A stretch of DNA of 16,241 bases from Bdellovibrionia bacterium (GTDB taxonomy: Bacteria > Bdellovibrionota > UBA1018): the NCBI GenBank assembly GCA_045805065.1, contig JBJMMA010000077.1, positions 1 to 16,241 on the forward strand. The letters run 5' to 3'. Shown in pieces: positions 1 through 6,653 of this stretch. The translations under genes and the position numbers were made by a program. The notes beneath the pieces are model-generated. The model did not search any database. It had not been told where the DNA came from and was given only the letters and a program-made list of their open reading frames with translations. The first letter of the stretch is position 1; each line of letters begins with the position of its first letter.

Positions 1-276
1 GCGGCCTCTCAGCTGACGCTTGGGCTTGCGACTCGTCATGTGCGTGGAAGTGGAATGCTTCTCATCAGCTCAGCCATTTCGTTTCTGTTGGGCATTCTTC
101 TTGTTGCTCAGTTGCCGTTTTCAGCACTCTGGATCCCAGGCATCTTTCTGGCCGTCGACCTGGTCGTAGGGGGCGTCAGCTTGATGGTCCTCTCCTCTAA
201 ATTTCGATCCATGCGTCCTGCCCTCCGCTCAGAAGGGCGAGACACAACTAGTATCGAATCACGTCGAGCCGCTTAG
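1..276 (+). CDS. HdeD/DUF308-family membrane protein, 3' part (5' end outside the window)
   Basis: Frame 1 is open from position 1 (AASQLTLGLATRHVRGSG...). Hydrophobic segments and 'LPFSALWIPGIFLAVDLVVGG' resemble the HdeD C-terminal P-x-S-x-x-W-x-x-G-x-F-x-x-x-D-L pattern. Stop TAG at 274-276. Confidence 0.7.
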   Translation, partial: AASQLTLGLATRHVRGSGMLLISSAISFLLGILLVAQLPFSALWIPGIFLAVDLVVGGVSLMVLSSKFRSMRPALRSEGRDTTSIESRRAA

Positions 277-400
277 ACAGCTGAAGCCAAGAGTGAGCCG
301 TTCCTTTAGATTCTTGCCGATTTCTTAGCAGACCGTCTGCTTTGACCCACCTCGCATGGAACCGCGGATGCATCAGGTGGCCGCAAATTCAACATTCCAT

Positions 401-406
401 GGAGGA
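401..406 (+). promoter_or_regulatory. Shine-Dalgarno site of the cupredoxin gene
   Basis: GGAGGA 5 nt upstream of the ATG at 412. Confidence 0.8.
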
Positions 407-411
407 ATCGC

Positions 412-1374
412 ATGAAAAAGATCATTTCACTTTTGGCTGCCAGCTTGTCGGTTTTGTCGGCTGGTGGCGCTTGGGCCTGGTACAGCGGCGATAATCACAA
501 CAACAACGGCAGCGGAAGCCACGAGCATGGCAGCCATGACGGCAATAACAATGGTGGCGGCGTAATCTATTATCCGCCAGCCAATGATGGTGGCACGGTT
601 GTCTATTATCCACCATCAACATCAGATGGAACTACAACAGGTGGAACCACAACAACCGGCGGTACCACGGATACCACCATTCCACAGCAATCGACCGGCG
701 GAACCACAACAACCGGTGGCACCACTTCTCCAACGGCTACTCCTGCGCCGGCAGTAACGGCAACTCCCCTGGTTACGCCGTCTGCTTCGCCATCGCCTAG
801 CGCATCGCCGATTGTTTACGGTGTCCTCGGCCCATGTCCTTCAACTTCTGGAACCACTGGAGCCGTCGGGGCTACGGGAACGGCATCACCCGCTGCATCG
901 CCGACCGCTACCGCATCCCCTGGCGCAGTTCCACAATGCATTAACGTTTCAATCCCAGCTAACGCTTCAACGCTTGGAACCGCTGCCTATGGTGTGAACC
1001 CATTAGTTGTCCCTGCCAATACGACGGTCACCTGGGTAAATAACGATACGGTTAATCACACGGTTACCGCAACCGATGGAAGCTTTGACTCCGGCGCCAT
1101 TGCCCCAGGCCAGAGCTTCTCGATGACTTTCGTGGCAGATGGTCTCTACAACTACTATTGCACCATCCACGGAGCTCAAGCCATGTCCGGCGCAGTTCAA
1201 GTAGGTGCAGCTCCATCACCAACTCCTTCTGCATCCCCTGCCGCTACGGCATCTCCTGAAGCTACGGCTTCCCCTGCGGCTACGGCATCTCCTGCTACAA
1301 CCGCATCGCCTGAAGTGACGCCTTCGCCTACTGGATCTCCAGGAGCAACGGGCGGCGCCTCGAGCAACACCTAA
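412..1374 (+). CDS. Secreted cupredoxin (plastocyanin/amicyanin-like blue copper domain) flanked by Thr/Pro/Ala/Ser/Gly low-complexity regions
   Basis: Sec-type signal MKKIISLLAASLSVLSAGGAWA. Domain 'TVTWVNND..HTVT...FDSG.IAPGQSFS.TF...G.Y.YYCTIH....M.G.V' has type-1 Cu ligands His (1057-1059), Cys (1159-1161), His (1168-1170) and Met (1183-1185). Good SD. Confidence 0.88.
   Translation: MKKIISLLAASLSVLSAGGAWAWYSGDNHNNNGSGSHEHGSHDGNNNGGGVIYYPPANDGGTVVYYPPSTSDGTTTGGTTTTGGTTDTTIPQQSTGGTTTTGGTTSPTATPAPAVTATPLVTPSASPSPSASPIVYGVLGPCPSTSGTTGAVGATGTASPAASPTATASPGAVPQCINVSIPANASTLGTAAYGVNPLVVPANTTVTWVNNDTVNHTVTATDGSFDSGAIAPGQSFSMTFVADGLYNYYCTIHGAQAMSGAVQVGAAPSPTPSASPAATASPEATASPAATASPATTASPEVTPSPTGSPGATGGASSNT
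1231..1320 (+). repeat. Five imperfect 18-bp in-frame tandem repeats encoding ASP(A/E)(A/T/V)T
   Basis: gcatcccctgccgctacg / gcatctcctgaagctacg / gcttcccctgcggctacg / gcatctcctgctacaacc / gcatcgcctgaagtgacg. Confidence 0.85.
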
Positions 1375-1415
1375 TCGTGCAGAAGTCGTCGATTAAGTAA
1401 TCCCGACGCGGGCAG

Positions 1416-1457
1416 ACGGGAGGCACTGAGAATCAGCGCCTCCCGTTCCGTTTTTTT
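1416..1457 (+). terminator. Rho-independent terminator
   Basis: Stem ACGGGAGGC-a-CTGA / TCAG-c-GCCTCCCGT (1416-1446, one mismatch), then TCCG and T7 (1451-1457), about 40 nt after the stop at 1374. Confidence 0.88.
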
Positions 1458-1492
1458 ATCGGTCGCACGAGCCTTGCAACTCTATTCTGCAA

Positions 1493-2173
1493 GTGAAACG
1501 AGTCGCATTATCTTTCATTCAACCCTTAGGGCAATCTCTAGCGATACTTGTCGTTGCCAGCGGGATCAGCTCTCAAGCTCGCGCTCAGGAAACGCATCAA
1601 ATCGGGAGCACTCTGCAGGCTTCCATTCGCCCAAGCACGCCCGCTTCCAATCCTGCGCCCGCACCTGCTAATTCTCCGGCCCCGGCCCCAGCTCCAGCGC
1701 CCAACCCCTCTCACTCTGATGCAACGGCTGAGGCAACAGCTGCGCCTCTGACTGAAGTAGCTGTCGTGCCGGATCGAATTGTACGAGTGAATGTCCAATC
1801 AGGACCAAATGGAATTCCAAAGTTTGATCCCCCACGCGTTGAAGTCACGGCAGGCCAGCAAGTTGAAGTCATTTTAAGAAACAGTGAAGCTCCGAACTCG
1901 GGAGTCTCCCATAACTGGGTCCTCATCAAGCCAGGCACGGAGGCTGCTGTTGCTGCACTAGGCAAAGATGCAGGAGTGGATCCCGATGCCGTCACCTACT
2001 CGCCATCCATCCTCGCAGCTACACGCACCACTCGCCCAGGAAATGAAGGGATCGTGGATTTCCTTGCCCCGGAAAAGCCGGGAGCTTATCCGTTCATCTC
2101 ACTTGTGGGTGACCAGAGAAAAGTTCTTCGAGGCGTCCTCGTTGTAAAGCCGATCGATCCGACACCAGGATAA
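1493..2173 (+). CDS. Secreted azurin/auracyanin-like cupredoxin-fold protein with a degenerate copper site
   Basis: Signal-like N-terminus ending ARA, then a Pro/Ala linker, then 'KFDP..VEV.AGQQVEVILRN...HNWVLIKPG' and 'F.AP..PG.YPF', as in azurin/auracyanin. The C-x4-H-x3-M motif reads S-x4-Q-x3-L. The GTG start is uncertain. Confidence 0.78.
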   Translation: MKRVALSFIQPLGQSLAILVVASGISSQARAQETHQIGSTLQASIRPSTPASNPAPAPANSPAPAPAPAPNPSHSDATAEATAAPLTEVAVVPDRIVRVNVQSGPNGIPKFDPPRVEVTAGQQVEVILRNSEAPNSGVSHNWVLIKPGTEAAVAALGKDAGVDPDAVTYSPSILAATRTTRPGNEGIVDFLAPEKPGAYPFISLVGDQRKVLRGVLVVKPIDPTPG

Positions 2174-2268
2174 AACCTCTGTCCGTCAATTTGCCGACAC
2201 TGAAAAATTCAATCACCATGAAATCTTAATCAAAAATACCCGCACGAACAGGTACTCTAATAAGAATC

Positions 2269-3108
2269 ATGCAATCTGCAGTTCAAAACGCGCCGTACCA
2301 GTTTGAAGTCTCTGAAAAGTATGTCCTGATTCAACTCAAGGGACATCCCGGCATCGAGTCGGTCAAAATTTTCGAGCAGGAGGCGCTCAAAGTTCTGGAA
2401 GGCAAGTCCCTTCCAGTCATTGTTGATTGCAAGGAACTGGAAGACTTAAGCCCGCATTGGGCACGTGCACTCGTGATGCTCTCACAGCATCTGAAGTCCA
2501 TTCAGCAATCCCTTCGACTCATCGTCTTGAAACCAGAAATCCTTCAAATGATCCGACAAAATGGACTCGCGCAAGTCCTGCCTGTCAAATCAAGCCTGAA
2601 CTCCGCGCTGGTTGACTTCGGTATCGCGGCAGCACGGAAGATCGATGTCAACTTCATCAACCCGTTTCTTGTAGCAACGATTGGCGTCCTGAAAATTCAG
2701 GCAAACGTCATTGCAAAGCCAGGACAACCTTTCAAATGCGGCCCAAAGGATCGCTACTTTGGCGATGTCTCAGGAGTGATTGGCCTGGTCAGCGATGCAT
2801 TTGTTGGAGCTGTCGTGTTCAGTTTTCCTGAGAAAACTTTTCTTGCGATCATGAGCAGCATGTTGGGAGAGCCCATTCTGCAACTCTCGCAAGAGATTGT
2901 CGATGGCGCAGGCGAATTGACCAACATCATCTTTGGTCAAGCCAAAGTCGTACTCAATAATCAGGGCTATGGCATCAAGACAGCGATTCCAACTGTCGTG
3001 ACAGGCACGGGCCACTCCATTCAGACTCAGGCCGCCGGGCCCCGCGTTGCTCTCCCTTTTGAAAGCTCCGCAGGACCCTTTACGGTTGAGATCTGTCTTT
3101 CAGAGTAA
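2269..3108 (+). CDS. cheX: STAS-domain / CheX chemotaxis phosphatase fusion
   Basis: N-terminal STAS pattern (LIQLKG...VIVDCKELEDLS...RALV...LRLI...ILQMI...GL..VL). C-terminal CheX: 'DVNFINPF', 'DVSGVIGL', catalytic E-x-x-N in 'DGAGELTNIIFG', 'IPTVVTG', 'PFES..G.F.VEI'. Confidence 0.88.
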   Translation: MQSAVQNAPYQFEVSEKYVLIQLKGHPGIESVKIFEQEALKVLEGKSLPVIVDCKELEDLSPHWARALVMLSQHLKSIQQSLRLIVLKPEILQMIRQNGLAQVLPVKSSLNSALVDFGIAAARKIDVNFINPFLVATIGVLKIQANVIAKPGQPFKCGPKDRYFGDVSGVIGLVSDAFVGAVVFSFPEKTFLAIMSSMLGEPILQLSQEIVDGAGELTNIIFGQAKVVLNNQGYGIKTAIPTVVTGTGHSIQTQAAGPRVALPFESSAGPFTVEICLSE

Positions 3109-3130
3109 TGGCAGAGTAACGGCAGAGTAA
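3101..3130 (+). repeat. Three-copy 11-bp-period tandem repeat (core CAGAGTAA) beginning at the cheX stop
   Basis: cagagtaa at 3101, 3112 and 3123, separated by tgg and cgg. Confidence 0.9.
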
Positions 3131-3133
3131 GAC

Positions 3134-5170
3134 TTAGTTCTTCAGTCCCAAGCGCTCAAAGAAAGCATCGGAGTTTGGCTCGCGACCCAGAAACTCGCGA
3201 AGCAAGTTCATGGCAGGCTCCATATTGCCCTTCTCCAGAATCATGCGGCGATACTGGAGTCCGATATCGGAGCTGAGAAGACTGGTCTTCTTGAAGCGAT
3301 CGAACATGTCTTGAGCGTAAACCTCAGACCAGAGATAGCCGTAGTAGCCTGCATCGTATCCGCCCATCAAGTGTCCGAAAGAGGCCGGAAATTTGCCGCC
3401 TGGAATCGGCTCAAGACCCTGAACCTCACGAATCAGACGATCATACACGGCCGAAGGATCCACATGCCCTGGCGACGTATGATAGGTCATATCCAGAATT
3501 CCGAACACCAGCTGACGAGTATAGAAATAGCCCTGATTGAAATTACGAGCCTCAAGCATCTTGTTCACTGTCGCATCCGGAAGCTTCTTGGAGTGATCCA
3601 GATAATATCCGGACACTCTTTTGAGCATGTCCTTGTCCCAAACCCAGTTTTCAAGCATCTGAGATGGAGCTTCGACAAAATCATGCGCGACACTCGTGCC
3701 CGAGAGACTTTCATAAGGTGCATGGGTCAAAGTGCCGTGCATGATATGTCCGAACTCGTGAAAGAGCGTCTCAACATCTTCATGTGTTAAAAGTGAAGGG
3801 ATGCCATTTCCGGGAGGGGTCAGGTTTGCCACGATGGCCGACACGGGCTTTTGGTAAGAGCCGCCCTTTATTCTTCCACCAATCAGGCCAAACGCAGCCG
3901 CGTGTCCGTATTTCAGCGGACGCGGAAAGAAATCCGTGTAGAAGTACGCAACCGTTTCGCCCGACTTGGCGTCGCGAACCTCATACTGCTTCACGCCTTC
4001 TGCCCAGACCTTTGCATGAGGAATTTCGCGAAACTTCACGCCGAGCATCTCTGAATAGATGTCAAACATGGACTGAACGACAAGATCCGCGGGGAAATAC
4101 TTGCGAATCTCCTCGTTATCTAGCGTGTAATCGCGCTTCTTCAGCTGATACTCAAGATATGCGACATCCCAGGCCTCGACCCGAGTTGCCTTGGGATCCA
4201 GCTCTTTCTTGAACTTAAGTAGCTTGGCCAGATCCGCCTGATTTTTCTTTTTCAGCTTTCCGCGAAGACCATTGAGAAACTTCCAGACGGTCTTGGAGTT
4301 CAAAGCCATGTTATCTTGAAGACGGTAATCCGCCCAGGTGGCAAAACCCATGGTCTTGGCGATCTTTTTTCGGATCTCGATGGCCTGCTCAAGAATCGCG
4401 ATGTTCTTGTCGGCAGCACGTCGATTGTAAGCGATTGCCATTTTCTTTCGGGCATCCCCGCTTTTCACGTTTCTCATGAACTCGACGTAATCAGGCTCTT
4501 TTGTCGTGACGATGGAGTTACCTTGAGCGTCTTTCTTCAATCGCCCGAGAAAGCTTGGCGTTGCCCCATCCATCTCACTTGGAGAGAAGCTGACGGTACT
4601 TGTGTCGCCGTTCAGATTGGTCGCAAACTGGTTCTCAAGCGTGGAGAGCTTGGACTTCAGCTCCTTGACCTTGGCAAGCTTCTCATTGGGAAGCTTCAGG
4701 CCATTGATCTCAAATTGCTTGATCGTCTCGGAGAGAAGGCGCTTTTCATCCGCATTTCTTGGAGTCTGCTCTTTAATGACCTGATAAAGGTCTTTTCGCG
4801 TTCCCGTGGCAACGATGAACTGAGACGCTTTCTCTTCGCACTCCGCGGCTTCTTTCACGAGCTTTTCATTCGTGGAGACCTGTTTCATGAAAGTCAGAGC
4901 TGAAGTCTCATCCGAGAAATCCGCTCCCGCCTGCTCAAATGCCAGCAAGGTCTTGTCCATATCGTGTGTCGAGAGCGGAAGTTTTCCAATCTGATCAAAG
5001 GCCTTCTGAGCTCGCTCAATGCTTTGATCGCAGAGCTGGGTGATTTCCTCTGAAGCGTATTCAGAACGGATCACAGGAGGCTCACCGCTTGCGGCACCCG
5101 AGTTTGTTTTGGCGCCGGAGCATGCAGTTATAATAGTAAATGACAGAGCCAAAGGCAGAATTTTGTTCAT
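3134..5170 (-). CDS. M3A-family Zn oligopeptidase (thimet oligopeptidase/neurolysin-like), predicted lipoprotein
   Basis: HEFGH zinc motif (3746-3760), 'DFVEAPSQMLENW', 'DFFPRPLKYGHAA' and 'FGHLMGGYDAGYYGYLWSEVYA'. N-terminal MNK, hydrophobic stretch and ITAC lipobox (Cys17). SD-like GAGGG just upstream. Confidence 0.93.
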   Translation of the reverse strand: MNKILPLALSFTIITACSGAKTNSGAASGEPPVIRSEYASEEITQLCDQSIERAQKAFDQIGKLPLSTHDMDKTLLAFEQAGADFSDETSALTFMKQVSTNEKLVKEAAECEEKASQFIVATGTRKDLYQVIKEQTPRNADEKRLLSETIKQFEINGLKLPNEKLAKVKELKSKLSTLENQFATNLNGDTSTVSFSPSEMDGATPSFLGRLKKDAQGNSIVTTKEPDYVEFMRNVKSGDARKKMAIAYNRRAADKNIAILEQAIEIRKKIAKTMGFATWADYRLQDNMALNSKTVWKFLNGLRGKLKKKNQADLAKLLKFKKELDPKATRVEAWDVAYLEYQLKKRDYTLDNEEIRKYFPADLVVQSMFDIYSEMLGVKFREIPHAKVWAEGVKQYEVRDAKSGETVAYFYTDFFPRPLKYGHAAAFGLIGGRIKGGSYQKPVSAIVANLTPPGNGIPSLLTHEDVETLFHEFGHIMHGTLTHAPYESLSGTSVAHDFVEAPSQMLENWVWDKDMLKRVSGYYLDHSKKLPDATVNKMLEARNFNQGYFYTRQLVFGILDMTYHTSPGHVDPSAVYDRLIREVQGLEPIPGGKFPASFGHLMGGYDAGYYGYLWSEVYAQDMFDRFKKTSLLSSDIGLQYRRMILEKGNMEPAMNLLREFLGREPNSDAFFERLGLKN

Positions 5171-5225
5171 GCCCTCATGAAATCATCGCCCGGTACTGGT
5201 GTCTAGATGAAACCCTGTGTCCAGA

Positions 5226-5984
5226 TCAAAGCCCAGCGTACCAATCGTATCCTCGCTCGGCCCAATAATCAGGCGGCCTCCTGTCGGAGAACCAGATCTT
5301 GCCGACCCGCTTGAGGCTTTTGATTCCGTATTTCACCGGAATAATGAGTCTGAGAGGTGCTCCGTCCTGATTCAGAAGCGGCCTCTCGTTCATCTCGTAG
5401 GCTAATACGGTTTGAGGATGAAGCATGCTGGGCATATCGATGGAAACATAATAGCCGCCATCCGGAGTCATCAAACCCACATAGGGATAAAGCGTTCCAT
5501 CCAGTCGCCTGCCAAGTCCGGTCGCTTTCAAGAAATCTGAAAACCTGAAACCAGCATAGGACATCCGATCCGTCCAACCTTCAATGCATTTGAAATCAGT
5601 CGCCGTAGAGGTCCGAGGCAAAAGTCGAAGCTCCGCAAAGGAGAAAAACCTTCCATCCTCTTCCCCATCCCCATCCTCATCTGAAGAAACATGAAGCCTC
5701 CAGCGAACCGGATCAATCGGCGGTCCAAGACCAAGATCCCCGTTAAAGCGCGGCACCTTTCCTGCCTGCGGCGGTTTGACGGCATGAGGCTGGCGCTCGG
5801 AGTCAAAAAGCGATTGAAACAGTTTTCCATTTCCTTCCAAGACGCGACGCAAGGGCCATGAGATCCCATCAGCAGGCGCACTGGAGTGTAGCCAATGCCA
5901 TCCTGTGTAGCCAAGCGCAGCTGAGATCCCGCCAAAAATAAAACTTCGCCTGGCTCTTCTTTTCAATTCATTTGAATCATTCAT
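5226..5984 (-). CDS. Tat-exported molybdopterin-dependent oxidoreductase, sulfite-oxidase superfamily (MsrP/YedY-like)
   Basis: Twin-arginine RRSFIF followed by a hydrophobic segment. Mo-ligand Cys in 'DFKCIEGW'; 'HPQTVLAYEMN..PL...GAPLRL..P.KYG.KS.K'; C-terminal 'DYWAERGYDWYAGL'. Confidence 0.88.
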   Translation of the reverse strand: MNDSNELKRRARRSFIFGGISAALGYTGWHWLHSSAPADGISWPLRRVLEGNGKLFQSLFDSERQPHAVKPPQAGKVPRFNGDLGLGPPIDPVRWRLHVSSDEDGDGEEDGRFFSFAELRLLPRTSTATDFKCIEGWTDRMSYAGFRFSDFLKATGLGRRLDGTLYPYVGLMTPDGGYYVSIDMPSMLHPQTVLAYEMNERPLLNQDGAPLRLIIPVKYGIKSLKRVGKIWFSDRRPPDYWAERGYDWYAGL

Positions 5985-6607
5985 TCATCACGCTCCCATC
6001 CACTGACCATGACCAGAAAACATCTCCATCCGGCACGTGCGACCTGCAAAACATGAATTGCCGTAAAAGCGACAAAGCCGACCATGAGCAGATAGTGAAG
6101 AAAACGCGCTGTCTCATATCCTCCCAGCGCCCGCGTGAGCGCGTGAAGCTGAATCGGTTTGTAAATGGCAAGACCCGTCAGGATGGCCATGACACCCATG
6201 AGATCGACCGCCGTGTAAGCGATTCTCTGAGCCGCGTTGAACTTTTCAGCTGGAGGAGCTTCTGAGCGAAGACCGAGTTCATGAAGCGTGACACGCCATG
6301 CCTGTGGCCAATATTTTGGCCAGGGAAAGCGGTGCTTCCATTCGCCTGAGAAAATCAAATAACTGAAATAGAGCGCTCCATTGACGGCAAAGATCCACAT
6401 CAAAGTGAAATGAACTCCCATCCCTTCCGCCAATCGATGATCCCAACCCAGCGCTTCATACCAATTTCTTGGAATCGAGGGATGATACACATCGTTCGCC
6501 CAATAAATAAGGATCCCGCTCCAGATCATCAGAAAGAGAATCGGGAAATTCACCCAGTGCGTCCATCTCACCCAGCGAGGTCGTGAGTAATAGATTTGAT
6601 CCATCAT
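5981..6607 (-). CDS. Cytochrome b/b6-type (Ni-hydrogenase CytB / thiosulfate-reductase cytochrome b-like) membrane subunit
   Basis: 'VRWTHWVN...MIWSG' heme His, 'GVHFT', 'KFNAAQRIAY', 'ARFLHY...AIHV'; four TM-like segments. Its TGA overlaps the next ATG (ATGA, 5981-5984). The start may be the second ATG at 6604, given the GGGAG spacing. Confidence 0.87.
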   Translation of the reverse strand: MMDQIYYSRPRWVRWTHWVNFPILFLMIWSGILIYWANDVYHPSIPRNWYEALGWDHRLAEGMGVHFTLMWIFAVNGALYFSYLIFSGEWKHRFPWPKYWPQAWRVTLHELGLRSEAPPAEKFNAAQRIAYTAVDLMGVMAILTGLAIYKPIQLHALTRALGGYETARFLHYLLMVGFVAFTAIHVLQVARAGWRCFLVMVSGWERDE

Positions 6608-6653
6608 TTTCTCCCTAAAGGCCGCTCGAGCATGTTACAAAATAGATGCCCGT

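Noticed and set aside
2171..2200. Possible sigma28 promoter for cheX (TAAA...GCCGACAC)
   Set aside because: Spacing is 18 nt rather than ~15, and the -10 match is imperfect.
3311..4903. Plus-strand ORFs of 159, 142 and 195 aa
   Set aside because: Antisense shadows of the well-supported M3 peptidase.
6608..6653. Divergent promoter elements between the cytochrome b and antiporter genes
   Set aside because: Promoters should exist near this 46-nt gap, but no convincing -35/-10 pair or operator could be assigned.
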